A stretch of DNA of 64,000 bases from an uncultured Methanosarcinales archaeon (GTDB taxonomy: Archaea; Nanobdellota; Nanobdellia; Woesearchaeales; JAHJBD01), in assembly GCA_964534665.1 (NCBI GenBank), contig CAZHRT010000001.1:76037-140036 (forward strand), given 5' to 3'. Every line of letters starts with the position of its first letter. Within the stretch, counting starts at the first letter, position 1. Of the stretch, positions 47,949-58,707 are shown piece after piece. The notes beneath the pieces are model-generated. The model saw nothing but the letters and a program-made list of their open reading frames with translations, was not told where the DNA came from and did no database searches. Position numbers and translations under genes: made by a program.

Positions 47949-48711
47949 TAGAAGGCCGCCAAGGAAACCACAAAAACCTGAAGAAAAAGTTCCTAAAGAT
48001 TGGAAACCTAAAACAGAAATAGGTAGAAAAGTCTTAAGTGGTGAAATTAACAAAATTGATCAAATACTAGATAACGGTTTAAAGATATTAGAACCTGAAG
48101 TTGTAGATCTTCTTATTCCAGAACTAGAAACAGACCTTATGCTTATAGGACAATCAAAAGGTAAATTTGGTGGCGGACAAAGAAGAGTTTTTAAACAAAC
48201 TCAGAAAAAAACTCAAGAAGGTAATAAACCAAAATTCGCAACATTTGCAGTTAGCGGAAACAGAAATGGCTTTGTTGGTGTTGGTTATGGTAAAGCTAAA
48301 GAAACAGTCCCTGCAAGAGAAAAAGCTATAAGAAATTCAAAACTTGATATTATTAAGATTGTAAGAGGAAATGGTTCATGGGAAGATACAGGCAAAGAAC
48401 CAAACACAATCCCTTTTGCAGTTGAAGGCAAATGCGGTTCAGTTAGAATCAAACTTATGCCTGCTCCTCGTGGAACAAGATTATGTGTTGAACCAGAATG
48501 TCAAAGAATCCTAAAATTAGCAGGAATTAAAGATATATGGTCAAAAACACAAGGCCAAACAAAAAGCAAGATAAACCTAATCAAGGCTTGTATAGAAGCA
48601 CTAAAACAGCTTTCAACAATGAAAATCAATCCTAATTATAAAGAAACATTAGGAATAGTTGAAGGTAAAATTGCAAAGGTTGAAGAAAATGTCGAAAATA
48701 GCGATAATTAG
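47926..48711 (+). CDS. rps5: 30S ribosomal protein S5 (uS5)
   Basis: ATFAVSGNRNGFVGVGYGKAKETVPA. dsRBD-like N-domain. Confidence 0.9.
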   Translation: MQKMKKNNRRPPRKPQKPEEKVPKDWKPKTEIGRKVLSGEINKIDQILDNGLKILEPEVVDLLIPELETDLMLIGQSKGKFGGGQRRVFKQTQKKTQEGNKPKFATFAVSGNRNGFVGVGYGKAKETVPAREKAIRNSKLDIIKIVRGNGSWEDTGKEPNTIPFAVEGKCGSVRIKLMPAPRGTRLCVEPECQRILKLAGIKDIWSKTQGQTKSKINLIKACIEALKQLSTMKINPNYKETLGIVEGKIAKVEENVENSDN

Positions 48712-49096
48712 AATTAGAGGAAGTGTAAAACTCAAGAAGGAAATTAAGGATACTTTAAGTATGCTTAAATTATATAGAAAACATTACTGTACAGTCTATG
48801 AATCAACACCTTCAATAATCGGCATGATAAAAAGAGTACATGATTACGTTACTTATGGTGAAATTGATGATAATACTGCAAAAGAACTTATCGAAAAAAG
48901 AGGGGAAGAATATACTGGCCCTGACAATGAAAGAACAAAAAGAAAATTTATTGTTATAGGAGATAAGAAATATAAAGCATATTTTAGATTAAGTCCTCCA
49001 AAAGGTGGTTTGGGTAGCATTAAGAAATCAGTTAATGTTGGTGGTGCTCTTGGTCTTAGAAAAGACATAACGGAATTAATTAAGAGGATGTTATAA
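48689..49096 (+). CDS. rpl30: 50S ribosomal protein L30 (uL30)
   Basis: MSKIAIIRIRGSVKLKKEIKDTLSMLKL. ATG 48689 preferred over track start. Confidence 0.85.
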   Translation: MSKIAIIRIRGSVKLKKEIKDTLSMLKLYRKHYCTVYESTPSIIGMIKRVHDYVTYGEIDDNTAKELIEKRGEEYTGPDNERTKRKFIVIGDKKYKAYFRLSPPKGGLGSIKKSVNVGGALGLRKDITELIKRML

Positions 49097-49512
49097 TGGT
49101 TACAAATATTCGTAAAAAAAATAGCAGGCAAAAAGGAACCCATACACATGGTTGGGGCTCTAAAAAGAAACACCGTGGCGCAGGTAATCGTGGTGGTAGA
49201 GGTCTTGCTGGTAGTGGTAAAAGGTGTGGTGCAAATGCACCAACACATTGGAAAGAAAGATATTTTGGTAAACACGGATTCAAGAAAAAAGGTCAAAAAA
49301 TCAATTTTATAACTTTCAATGTAGGCGACATTGAAAAACTATCAAAAACAGAAATTAATCTTTCAGATTTAAAATTTAATAAACTGCTAGGCAACGGAAA
49401 AATTAACACAAAAGTTAAAATTACTGTTGATTATGCTTCTAAAAAAGCTATAGAAAAAGTAACCGCAGCTGGCGGAGAAATAATATTAAATAAAGAAGAA
49501 TCTAAAGGTTAA
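49096..49512 (+). CDS. rpl15: 50S ribosomal protein L15 (uL15)
   Basis: HTHGWGSKKKHRGAGNRGGRGLAGSGKR. Confidence 0.9.
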   Translation: MVTNIRKKNSRQKGTHTHGWGSKKKHRGAGNRGGRGLAGSGKRCGANAPTHWKERYFGKHGFKKKGQKINFITFNVGDIEKLSKTEINLSDLKFNKLLGNGKINTKVKITVDYASKKAIEKVTAAGGEIILNKEESKG

Positions 49513-49514
49513 CT

Positions 49515-50933
49515 ATGGGTCTATGGCAAAACATTTTATCAAATTTACCAGAAGTCGCGTCTCCTACTCAGAAACGTCTTGCGTTTAAAGAAAAACTGAA
49601 ATGGACGCTAATTACACTATTAATTTACTTTGTATTGGGTCTTTTACCATTATTTGGTCTTGGGGACAATGCATTACAAAGATTCGAATATTTATCAATT
49701 ATTCTTGGAGCAAAATTTGGTTCAATTATCTCTTTAGGTATAGGGCCTTTAGTTACATCATCAATTGTATTACAACTTTTAAATGGGTCAGGTATTGTTA
49801 AATTTGATCTAAATTCACACGAAGGTAAAAGAAATTTTCAAGGTGTCCAAAAATTATTAAGTATCTTCTTCATTATATTTGAAGCTGCTATTTATGTATT
49901 TATGGGTGGACTTGCACCAGCAGCTGCTTTGAAAGGTACACCAATCTTCTTCCAACTACAATTAATCTTAATATTTCAATTAATATTGGGTGGTATCCTA
50001 ATCATGTTTATGGATGAAGTTGTCTCAAAATGGGGCTTTGGTTCAGGAATATCCTTATTTATTGCAGCTGGTGTTTCACAAGGAATATTTGTTCAAGCAT
50101 TTAATTGGTTACCTGGTCCAAGTGGAATAGGTGGCATCACATATTCTTCAGGAGCAATACCTGCTATGTTTCAAGCTTTAGCATCAAGTGATCCAACAAC
50201 TGCTGGAATCAAACTTGGAGCGATATTGTCAACCTTAATTGTCTTTGCAGTAGTTGTTTATGTACAAGCAATGAAAGTTGAAATTCCATTAAGCTTTGGC
50301 AGAATACGTGGACACGGTATTAGATGGCCCTTAAGTTTTATGTATACTTCAAACATACCAGTTATTCTAGTTGCTGCTTTACTTGCAAACTTTCAATTAT
50401 GGGGAAGACTCCTCCAAAATTGGGGATTACCTATTTTAGGAGTATTTAGTGAACAAACAGGTGCACCAATTTCTGGATTAATCTACTGGGTTCAAGCACC
50501 AAACATTGTTAAAACAATTATTGAACAACAAACTTTCTCTATTGGTGGTGCAATTTATTTACAAGCAGCAGTCTATGCCCTATTCATGATGCTTGGTTCT
50601 GTTATTTTTGCTTTATTTTGGGTACAAACTTCTGGTATGGATGCCAGGTCACAAGCAAAACAAATGATGTCTTCTGGACTTCAAATTCCTGGATTTAGAA
50701 AAGATGAAAGAGTATTAGAAAGACTATTAAACAGATATATTTGGCCTTTAACAGTAATGGGTGGATTATCAGTTGGTTTCTTAGCTGCGCTTGCAGATCT
50801 AACTGGTGCTTTATCAAGAGGTACAGGTATATTATTAGCTGTTATGATTATTTACAAACTATATGAAGAAATTGCAAAACAACATATGATGGATATGAAT
50901 CCAATGATGCGTAAGTTCATGGGGGGCTTTTAA
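49515..50933 (+). CDS. secY: Preprotein translocase subunit SecY (Sec61 alpha)
   Basis: 10 TM, 472 aa. KRLAFKEKLKWTLITLLIYFVL, plug and hinge regions. Follows rpl15. Confidence 0.9.
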   Translation: MGLWQNILSNLPEVASPTQKRLAFKEKLKWTLITLLIYFVLGLLPLFGLGDNALQRFEYLSIILGAKFGSIISLGIGPLVTSSIVLQLLNGSGIVKFDLNSHEGKRNFQGVQKLLSIFFIIFEAAIYVFMGGLAPAAALKGTPIFFQLQLILIFQLILGGILIMFMDEVVSKWGFGSGISLFIAAGVSQGIFVQAFNWLPGPSGIGGITYSSGAIPAMFQALASSDPTTAGIKLGAILSTLIVFAVVVYVQAMKVEIPLSFGRIRGHGIRWPLSFMYTSNIPVILVAALLANFQLWGRLLQNWGLPILGVFSEQTGAPISGLIYWVQAPNIVKTIIEQQTFSIGGAIYLQAAVYALFMMLGSVIFALFWVQTSGMDARSQAKQMMSSGLQIPGFRKDERVLERLLNRYIWPLTVMGGLSVGFLAALADLTGALSRGTGILLAVMIIYKLYEEIAKQHMMDMNPMMRKFMGGF

Positions 50934-51695
50934 ATGGTATTTGGTAATCTTTTAAATCCAGTATTTTCACCACTATTAGCACTACATCCTGCATGGATAG
51001 TGTTCATCATTTCTGCTATTGTATCCATATTAATCACAGTAATCTATAAGCTAACAACAAACCAAAGTCTTATGAAAGATCTTAAATCTGAATTAAAAGA
51101 ATTTCAAAAAGAGATGAAAGAACTTAGAGACAATCCTAAAGAAATGATGGCTGTTCAGAAAAAAGCTATGCAAACAAATATGAAATATATGAGCCATTCA
51201 ATGAAATCTACATTATTCACTTTTATACCAGTTATCTTAATCTTTGGGTGGATGAATGCAAATGTTGCATTTGAACCAGTATTTCCTGGACAAGAATTTA
51301 GTATAACTGCTCAATTTGATAAAGATACTGCTGGAACAATAGACTTAATATTCCCAGAAGGTATTGATATTATTGGTAATAATCTTAAAGATATAGAAAA
51401 TAATCAAGCAACCTGGACATTAAAAGGTCAAAAAGGAGATTATTTAGATGGAAATTCTCTACAATTAGTCTATAAAGATGATACATATTACAAAGATTTA
51501 ATAATAGACAATAAACAACGTTATTCAGAACCAATTAAATCAATTAAAAACAGTGACTTAAAATCCATTAAAATAAACAACAAAGAAATGAAGATTCTAA
51601 AAGTCTTCGGCCTAGAAATTGGGTGGCTCTGGTCATACATTATATTTTCAATTATATTCAGTATGACTTTAAGAAAATGGATGAAAGTTTACTAG
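50934..51695 (+). CDS. DUF106-family membrane protein (archaeal YidC/Oxa1/EMC3-like insertase) with C-terminal extension
   Basis: TM1, coiled-coil MKDLKSELKEFQKEMKELRDNPKEMMAVQKKAMQTNMKYM, TM2/TM3 LFTFIPVILIFGWM. Occupies post-secY slot. Confidence 0.7.
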   Translation: MVFGNLLNPVFSPLLALHPAWIVFIISAIVSILITVIYKLTTNQSLMKDLKSELKEFQKEMKELRDNPKEMMAVQKKAMQTNMKYMSHSMKSTLFTFIPVILIFGWMNANVAFEPVFPGQEFSITAQFDKDTAGTIDLIFPEGIDIIGNNLKDIENNQATWTLKGQKGDYLDGNSLQLVYKDDTYYKDLIIDNKQRYSEPIKSIKNSDLKSIKINNKEMKILKVFGLEIGWLWSYIIFSIIFSMTLRKWMKVY

Positions 51696-51704
51696 GAGGC
51701 AAAA

Positions 51705-51968
51705 ATGAAAGTTCCAAAATCCAAATCAAAAAGAAAAGTGTTTGTAAAAACCCCTGGTGGAAAGACCATAGTACATTATAAACCTAAAAAACCAAAAGTA
51801 GCACATTGTAGTAATTGTGGTGATAGTTTAAAAGGTGTTATAAGGGGAACATCAGCACAAATTAAGAATGCAACAAAGACACAAAAAAGGCCAACAAGAC
51901 CATATGGTGGCGTTCTTTGTAGTAAATGCACACGTGAAACAATCAAAAACAAAGCAAGATCTCAATAG
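51705..51968 (+). CDS. rpl34e: 50S ribosomal protein L34e
   Basis: KRKVFVKTPGGKTIVHYKPKKPKVAHCSNCGDSLKGV. Confidence 0.85.
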   Translation: MKVPKSKSKRKVFVKTPGGKTIVHYKPKKPKVAHCSNCGDSLKGVIRGTSAQIKNATKTQKRPTRPYGGVLCSKCTRETIKNKARSQ

Positions 51969-52001
51969 GTATGTGGTGACAATACCTGATTAAATCTGAG
52001 G

Positions 52002-52475
52002 TTGGAGGAAAAAATGATAGAAGTAGGAAGAAAATGTATAAAACTTGCTGGTAGAGACGCAGGTAAAAAAGCAATTATAGTAGAAATCCAAGATGATACT
52101 TATGTTCTAATTGATGGTGAAGTTAGAAGAAAAAAATGTAATATTAACCATCTAGAATTATTAAATGAAGTAGTTAAGATATCAAAAGGCGCATCTTCAG
52201 AAGAAGTTGCTAAAGCATTAGGCATAGACTTAAAGAAAACAAAACCTAAACCAAAAGTAGAAAGACCAAAAAAAGTTAGGGGAAAGAAAAAATTATTAGA
52301 AGAAAAGTCTAAAGAAAAACCTAAGAAAAAAGCAGAAACTAAGACTAAACCTACTCAAAAAGAAGAAACTTTAGAAACTTTAGCAGATGAAGGTAAAGAA
52401 ACAAAAGAAGGGCAAAGCTCTTCTGAGTCTCAAAAATCTCCAATTTCAGATAAGCCTAAACCTAAAAAAGAATAA
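52002..52475 (+). CDS. rpl14e: 50S ribosomal protein L14e with K/E-rich tail
   Basis: KOW-like IEVGRKCIKLAGRDAGKKAIIVEIQDDTYVLIDGEVRRKKCNINHLE. Confidence 0.8.
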   Translation: MEEKMIEVGRKCIKLAGRDAGKKAIIVEIQDDTYVLIDGEVRRKKCNINHLELLNEVVKISKGASSEEVAKALGIDLKKTKPKPKVERPKKVRGKKKLLEEKSKEKPKKKAETKTKPTQKEETLETLADEGKETKEGQSSSESQKSPISDKPKPKKE

Positions 52476-52484
52476 TTTTATTTC

Positions 52485-52637
52485 TTATCTTTCTTTTATT
52501 ATTAAATACACCCCAGCAGCTACAGCAGCCAAAGACAATAAAGATCTACTTATATAAATAAAAGGTATTTGTATATATTGCAATACTGCTAAAATTAATA
52601 AAATTACACCTAACCAAAAACCAATTCCTCTTTTCAT
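52485..52637 (-). CDS. Small membrane protein (50 aa), not in ORF track
   Basis: MKRGIGFWLGVILLILAVLQYIQIPFIYISRSLLSLAAVAAGVYLIIKER. ATG overlaps pheT TGA (ATGA). Confidence 0.35.
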   Translation of the reverse strand: MKRGIGFWLGVILLILAVLQYIQIPFIYISRSLLSLAAVAAGVYLIIKER

Positions 52638-54286
52638 TGTATCACCTTATATATTTCTGTTAAATTAATCTCAAATGCAACCGCAGGCATTTCTAATCCA
52701 CAATTGTCCAAAACAATTGGTATAATTTCACCAATAAAACCTACTTTTTTTCCATCAACAATAACTCTTCCAACCCTACCAGGAATAAATGTATCATGAT
52801 CTACTTCTTCAATTTCATATTGAACATTTAACATTCTCAATAAATAATCAAGTGCTTGTTTAGCTTCAGTATAATCTGCTTTTTCATTAGCAGAAACATA
52901 TGCCAATCTTTCATAATCAATAACCCATTCACCCTTCTTAACAGTAACAAGTCCTTGCTCAAATATTTTCTGAGGATATTCAACATGCTTATTCTTAGAT
53001 AAACAATCCATTAATATAGGAATTAACCATGTTCGAACAACAGAATAGCTTTCTGACATATATGCTTTAATTTCAACAGTTCCAAAATCTTTAAGATTCA
53101 TTTTGTTATACAATACCTCTTTGCTAGATAATATTGGGCTCATTATCTCTTGACAGCCAAGACCTGCCATTACATCCCTTGCTTTATCAATAAGTTTCAC
53201 AATAGGTAAACTGTTACCAATAGTAAAACTAGTCAATGGTTTTTCATCAATATTATCATACCCATACATTATTCCAATATCTTCAATAACGTCAACTTGA
53301 TGTAAAATATCTTTTCTATAATGTGGGATAGAAACCTTCCCATTTGTATAATTATAACCTGCTTTTTCAACTAGCTTCTTCATATCAGATTCTTTTAATT
53401 CTAAACCTAACAAAGACTTAATCTTAGAATTATCAACTTTAATAGTCTCATTAAACATATGAGGTGTAGTTATTTTTTTATCTGGATAATTTATATCAAC
53501 AGATTCTATTTTAAATCCTCTTTCAAAAAAGGCTTGTGCAAATATATTAGTTGCTAAATTTAATGAATCTGAATCAAGACCAGTTGCTTCAAAGAATAAA
53601 TCTTCTTCACCTTCATCAACCCTACCAGTATTATTTGAATTAATAACTGGTGGAAAACTTAAAACTTCACCATTGTCATCAATTAATATTGGATATTTCT
53701 TAAAGCCTTCAAGAATCCAAGCATATTCCTTACCCTTAGGATGACTTTCTAAAATCTCTCCAGGAGTCATTTCACGTTTAAAATCTAAAGGTGTAAAAGA
53801 AATAGATTCTGGATCTATAGCCTTATAATATACTGGAAACTTAATTTTCTTGTATGAATATATCCCAATTGCAACCTTCTGTCTTTTTCTGCCATAATTA
53901 TCACAAAGTTTTTCTTGTAATTGTATTAATTGTTTTATTAAATAATCGTCAATCTTCTTACCTTTAGCAATAAACGCAGAGATGTATGGCCTAACCTTAC
54001 TAACAGAACTATCAACCTTAACACTATATCCTGATTTCTTAAAATCAAGTTTTGCAATACCTTTATCTAAACCAAGTATCCTTCTAAATAACCTTGCAAC
54101 CCCTTCAATACTCCAAAGATAAGGTAAATTAGTATCACCAAAATCAATCTTAATTTCATCTGTTTTTTCATTATAACCTTCATAGTCACCCTTACCATAA
54201 GCTGCTAATTCTTCTACTTGCTCTAGTTTAAGCTTCTTTCCAACTAGCTTTTCTAAATCCTTTAATGCAAATGTTATTGTTGGCAT
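52634..54286 (-). CDS. pheT: Phenylalanyl-tRNA synthetase beta subunit (archaeal type)
   Basis: MPTITFALKDLEKLVGKKL...B3/4 and B5 domains. Adjacent to pheS. Confidence 0.85.
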   Translation of the reverse strand: MPTITFALKDLEKLVGKKLKLEQVEELAAYGKGDYEGYNEKTDEIKIDFGDTNLPYLWSIEGVARLFRRILGLDKGIAKLDFKKSGYSVKVDSSVSKVRPYISAFIAKGKKIDDYLIKQLIQLQEKLCDNYGRKRQKVAIGIYSYKKIKFPVYYKAIDPESISFTPLDFKREMTPGEILESHPKGKEYAWILEGFKKYPILIDDNGEVLSFPPVINSNNTGRVDEGEEDLFFEATGLDSDSLNLATNIFAQAFFERGFKIESVDINYPDKKITTPHMFNETIKVDNSKIKSLLGLELKESDMKKLVEKAGYNYTNGKVSIPHYRKDILHQVDVIEDIGIMYGYDNIDEKPLTSFTIGNSLPIVKLIDKARDVMAGLGCQEIMSPILSSKEVLYNKMNLKDFGTVEIKAYMSESYSVVRTWLIPILMDCLSKNKHVEYPQKIFEQGLVTVKKGEWVIDYERLAYVSANEKADYTEAKQALDYLLRMLNVQYEIEEVDHDTFIPGRVGRVIVDGKKVGFIGEIIPIVLDNCGLEMPAVAFEINLTEIYKVIQ

Positions 54287-55812
54287 TATATTATCCTCAC
54301 ATTTCTCATAAAATCAAGATCATGACTAAACAATTTTCTAATATCTTTAATTCCTAATTTAAACATACCCAATCTATCAATACCAAGTCCCCAAGCCAAA
54401 ACTGATACATCTTTTCCAAGCAAAGGTTTAACAAGTTCTGGCCTAAATATCCCTGAACCACCAAGTTCAATCCACCCTAAATCTGGATGTTTAGCAAATA
54501 ACTCAGCAGATGGTTCTGTAAACGGAAAATAAGCTGGCTTAATCTTAATTTGCTCTGTTTCTGCAAATTCTTCTGCAAACATTTTAAGTAACCCTTTCAA
54601 ATGCCTAAAATCTAACCCTTCTTCAACTACAATACCTTCTGTTTGATAAAAATCACAATTATGTGTGGCGTCAATTACATCAGATCTAAAACATCTAGTA
54701 ACACCAAAATATTTACCAGGAATTTTTAGATCAGGTGAACTTAACATTCTTGCAGAACATGCAGTCCCTTGCGTCCTTAACAAAGTATTGTGTGTTCTTT
54801 TAACATCAAATTCATATTGCCACCCTTTTGATCCGGTTCCAAATCCTTTTTCATGTGCTTCTTTAACATTCTTAACCAACTTAGGATCAAGTTTCAAACT
54901 TGCCGGATCTTTAACATAATAAGCATCATGAATATCTCGTGCACTATGAAATTGTGGCATAAACAAAGAATCCATATTCCAAAATTCTGTTTCTACTATT
55001 GGACCAGTCATCTCACTAAACCCCATTGAAATAAATTTTTGTCTAACTTGATCCAAAAACCTTCTATAATGTTGTTTTTTACCTGCCCAAATCTTAGGCA
55101 CATTAATTTTAACATCATATCTTCTAAACTTAGTTTTTTTCCAACTTCCTTTAGAAATCATTTCTTTTGTTAATCTATCAAGAACATTCCCTATCTTAAT
55201 TCCTGATTCAATTATTTCCTTACCAAGATCTGTTAATTCTGCTTCCTTTTCTTTATCAATAACAATCTTAACAATATCTTTTCTTTTCCTAAGATTATCT
55301 AAACAAAACTTTTCTTCATCTTTTAAAGATTCAAGTTCAATAGGAAAATCCTTTGCAAGAAAATCTTCTTCTAAGAAACCTTTTTCTAAAAGTTTCTTTC
55401 CTTGGTCTAATATTTTAACTTTAATATCTCCACGTTCTTTAGATATTAAAACAGCAGCCTTACTTCGAAGTACACCCAAACAAATACTTAATTCATCTTT
55501 AGCAAGACCAGACTTCTTCATTATTTCACTAAAACCTAATGTTTTAATCTTAACCGATTCAAGAAATCTCTTCTCAGGTAACCCAATTTTAGCATATTTA
55601 ATTCCGTTATCTCCCAATTCTATTAATTCTTTAACTTCCTCAGATAACTTAATTATTTCTTTATTTTGTAGCCATTGTAAAGCGCGCATAACTTCAACTT
55701 CTTTTAACCCAGATGCTTTAACAATATCTGCAAAAACAGAACATTTGTCTAATACTGGAAGAACCTTTTGTTCTAACGGATGTAATCCATCAATAATCTT
55801 ATTTAAGTCCAT
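54286..55812 (-). CDS. pheS: Phenylalanyl-tRNA synthetase alpha subunit
   Basis: Class II core: FRPELVKPLLG, GLGIDRLGM, N-terminal winged-helix repeats. Confidence 0.85.
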   Translation of the reverse strand: MDLNKIIDGLHPLEQKVLPVLDKCSVFADIVKASGLKEVEVMRALQWLQNKEIIKLSEEVKELIELGDNGIKYAKIGLPEKRFLESVKIKTLGFSEIMKKSGLAKDELSICLGVLRSKAAVLISKERGDIKVKILDQGKKLLEKGFLEEDFLAKDFPIELESLKDEEKFCLDNLRKRKDIVKIVIDKEKEAELTDLGKEIIESGIKIGNVLDRLTKEMISKGSWKKTKFRRYDVKINVPKIWAGKKQHYRRFLDQVRQKFISMGFSEMTGPIVETEFWNMDSLFMPQFHSARDIHDAYYVKDPASLKLDPKLVKNVKEAHEKGFGTGSKGWQYEFDVKRTHNTLLRTQGTACSARMLSSPDLKIPGKYFGVTRCFRSDVIDATHNCDFYQTEGIVVEEGLDFRHLKGLLKMFAEEFAETEQIKIKPAYFPFTEPSAELFAKHPDLGWIELGGSGIFRPELVKPLLGKDVSVLAWGLGIDRLGMFKLGIKDIRKLFSHDLDFMRNVRII

Positions 55813-55855
55813 TTTTATTATTCAATAAATCAATTATAACATTTATATATTTTTC

Positions 55856-56665
55856 TTAATAAACTCTAGGATAAGACCCTAAAATCCTCAAATATGCGAC
55901 TTTCTTAATTTTTTCAAATGATTCCTTAACAGATTCGTCTTCTTCGTGCCCTTCAAAATCTATATAGAATACATAATCACCTAATTTTCCTTTTGATGGC
56001 CTTGATTCTATCTTTGTAAGATTGATCTTATTATTTGCAAATTCTCCAAGCAAACTATACAATAGTCCTGGTTTATCAGATTGTGGATAAATTGTAACAC
56101 TTGTCCTATCTTTCCCAGTTTTTTTAGCCTTACCCCTACTTATAACAATAAACCTAGTTACATTATGACTACTATCTTGGATATTCTTTTTTATTATATC
56201 CAAAGAATATATCTTCGCAGCTGCGTTTGGTATTATTGCAGCTCTTGTAGGGTCATTTTTCCTAGATACAGTCTCTGCAGACTTTGAATTTGAACTTGTT
56301 CTAGATATGTCTGCGTTCGGAAAATATTTTCTAATGAACTTTTCACATTGTGACAAGGTTTGTGGATGAGCATATATCTTCCGTATTTGGTCAACTTTTC
56401 CAATTCCTGCAAGATTATGTTTAATTGGTAGCAAAAGCTCAGCAATAATATTAAAATCAAATTCCATTAAGGAATCTAATGTCGAACTTACTGGTCCAGA
56501 TACTGAATTCTCAATAGGTACAATACCAATATCAGCTTCCAAATTCTTAATTGCATCAAAAACATACCAAATAGTTTTCTTAAAAACTAATTCAGCATCT
56601 TTATCATACTTTAATGCAGCTTCGTTACTAAAAGAACCTTTTGGACCTAAAACTGCAACCTTCAT
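55856..56665 (-). CDS. pheA: Prephenate dehydratase (PDT plus ACT domains)
   Basis: MKVAVLGPKGSFSNEAA... PDT fold with TRF (TRFIVI) ligand-binding region and ACT domain. Confidence 0.8.
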   Translation of the reverse strand: MKVAVLGPKGSFSNEAALKYDKDAELVFKKTIWYVFDAIKNLEADIGIVPIENSVSGPVSSTLDSLMEFDFNIIAELLLPIKHNLAGIGKVDQIRKIYAHPQTLSQCEKFIRKYFPNADISRTSSNSKSAETVSRKNDPTRAAIIPNAAAKIYSLDIIKKNIQDSSHNVTRFIVISRGKAKKTGKDRTSVTIYPQSDKPGLLYSLLGEFANNKINLTKIESRPSKGKLGDYVFYIDFEGHEEDESVKESFEKIKKVAYLRILGSYPRVY

Positions 56666-57498
56666 TTCTTCACCATTTTCTCTATTAAATAATCCGATTC
56701 TTTCTCAGCTTCTTTTTTAAAATCTCCAAGATAATCAGCTGACTCTTTAAAATAATTAATAAAACCTTCTCTATCCTTTTTAACAATTGTTTTTAACAAT
56801 TTCTCAGAAGAATCTAAATATGCTTTAATCGCATTCTTAACTTCAGGATTTAATATTTCTATATCTGCATAAAGCTCAGGATCTTGATTAAGAATTCTTC
56901 CTAACATATCTAACCTTAATTTATAGATTGGCGATGCGTAATCAAGACTATCCTTAATATCTATTTCCATCTCTTTTAATGCATGTGAAACAGTAATCGT
57001 ACTAAAATGTACCAAGCCTTGAATAACAGCCATCATCTTATCATGTTTTTCAGGTGTAGCAACCTTAATCTTGGCTCCATTTTTATCTAATAAGTCCTTT
57101 AACCAGGGCAACCATTTTTTTCCTCTAGCAGGACACAATACTATAGACTGCCCTTTAATTGAACCAACACCTGGCCCAAAAACAGGGTGTGTTCCAATAA
57201 CTTCACACTTAGAATGATTTAACATTGCTTCAACAGGCGCAATCTTAATTGAAGTAAGATCTATTAACAAAGATTCTTCTTTAACTAGGGGACCTATTTT
57301 CTTTATTACATCAACAGTAGATTTAATTGGAACTGTAATAACAACAACATCTGATTGTGAAACACAATCCTCAACAGAAAGTTCTGTTGATCTGCTAGCT
57401 ATCAAAACCTTACAATTATTTTGTTCAAATAATCTCTTGAAGAACTGGCCCATTCCGCCAGTACCTCCAATGATTCCAATAGTTACTTTATTTTTCAT
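56662..57498 (-). CDS. tyrA: Prephenate dehydrogenase
   Basis: Rossmann IGIIGGTGGMGQFF, PDH C-domain. Confidence 0.75.
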   Translation of the reverse strand: MKNKVTIGIIGGTGGMGQFFKRLFEQNNCKVLIASRSTELSVEDCVSQSDVVVITVPIKSTVDVIKKIGPLVKEESLLIDLTSIKIAPVEAMLNHSKCEVIGTHPVFGPGVGSIKGQSIVLCPARGKKWLPWLKDLLDKNGAKIKVATPEKHDKMMAVIQGLVHFSTITVSHALKEMEIDIKDSLDYASPIYKLRLDMLGRILNQDPELYADIEILNPEVKNAIKAYLDSSEKLLKTIVKKDREGFINYFKESADYLGDFKKEAEKESDYLIEKMVKK

Positions 57499-57546
57499 TT
57501 TCCTTTAATTTCTTTGAAAATCAAAGATTTTTAAAGCCTTCAAAAT

Positions 57547-58707
57547 CTAATCATTAGATTTCAAAGACGTCCATTTATCATCTAACTTTACAATGCCATC
57601 ATAAGCCCTTGACATATATAATGAATCAAGAACTGCACAAGCAGCCATTGCTTCAGCTACAACATATATCCTTGCAAGTAATGTAGGATCTCTTCTTGTA
57701 ACTGGATCAAGTTCTTCTTCTTTCATTTTTTTCATATTAACTGTAGTCTGTTTAACAGATACTGTTGGTGTTGGTTTAATTGCAATACGCATTACAATAT
57801 CTTCACCTATTGTCATGCCACCAAGTGTTCCACCACAATTATTTGTCTTAAACCTTATTTTACCATCTTCTCTTAAATAAGGTTGATCATTAAATTCTGA
57901 GCCTTTCATATTTCCGCATTTGAAACCTACACCAAATTCAATGCCTTTAACAGCACCAATTCCCATTATTGCTGAACTTAAGGTTGCTGAAATCTTATCA
58001 AAAACAGGTTCACCTAATCCGCCTGGAAGATTATGAATCCTTAATTCAATTATTCCTCCTGCTGTATCCCCTTCTTTTTTTATTTCTAAGACTCTTTCTT
58101 CCATTTTTTCTGCAGCTTCTAGGTCTGGACAGTTAATTTCTGTCTTTCTATAGTTTTTCTTTGCTTCTTCATACGTAATATTTTCTTTAGCCTTAATATC
58201 CATACATTGAACTGTATATGCTAAGACATCTATTCCTTCATTAGCAAGTATATGTTTTGCAACTGCACCTGCTGCTACTCTTGTTACTGTTTCTCTTCCA
58301 GATGCTCTTCCTGCTCCGCACCAATCTTGAGATTCACCATACTTATAGAAGAATGGTAATGTTGCGTGTCCTGGTCTAAAAAGGTCTTTATATTGTCCAT
58401 ATTGGTCAATATGTACTTTTTGAGTATCAACATTATAAATCATTATTCCTAAGGGTGCACCAGTTGTAACACCATCTTGCCCATATCCTGCAAATATTTC
58501 ACATTGGTCAAGTTCTTTTCTTGGACTGTTTAATTTCCCAACACCAGGTTTTCTTTTATCTAACTCTGCTTGAATATCCTCTCTTGTTATTTTTAATCCA
58601 GCTGGAACACCATCAACAATTACTGAAAGTCCAGATCCTTTGCCTTTCCCGTAAGATTCACCACAAGTAGTAATTCTAAATAGTCTTCCAAATGTATTTC
58701 CCATCAT
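57547..58707 (-). CDS. aroC: Chorismate synthase
   Basis: MMGNTFGRLFRITTCGESYGKGKG..., GRASGRETV. Confidence 0.9.
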   Translation of the reverse strand: MMGNTFGRLFRITTCGESYGKGKGSGLSVIVDGVPAGLKITREDIQAELDKRKPGVGKLNSPRKELDQCEIFAGYGQDGVTTGAPLGIMIYNVDTQKVHIDQYGQYKDLFRPGHATLPFFYKYGESQDWCGAGRASGRETVTRVAAGAVAKHILANEGIDVLAYTVQCMDIKAKENITYEEAKKNYRKTEINCPDLEAAEKMEERVLEIKKEGDTAGGIIELRIHNLPGGLGEPVFDKISATLSSAIMGIGAVKGIEFGVGFKCGNMKGSEFNDQPYLREDGKIRFKTNNCGGTLGGMTIGEDIVMRIAIKPTPTVSVKQTTVNMKKMKEEELDPVTRRDPTLLARIYVVAEAMAACAVLDSLYMSRAYDGIVKLDDKWTSLKSND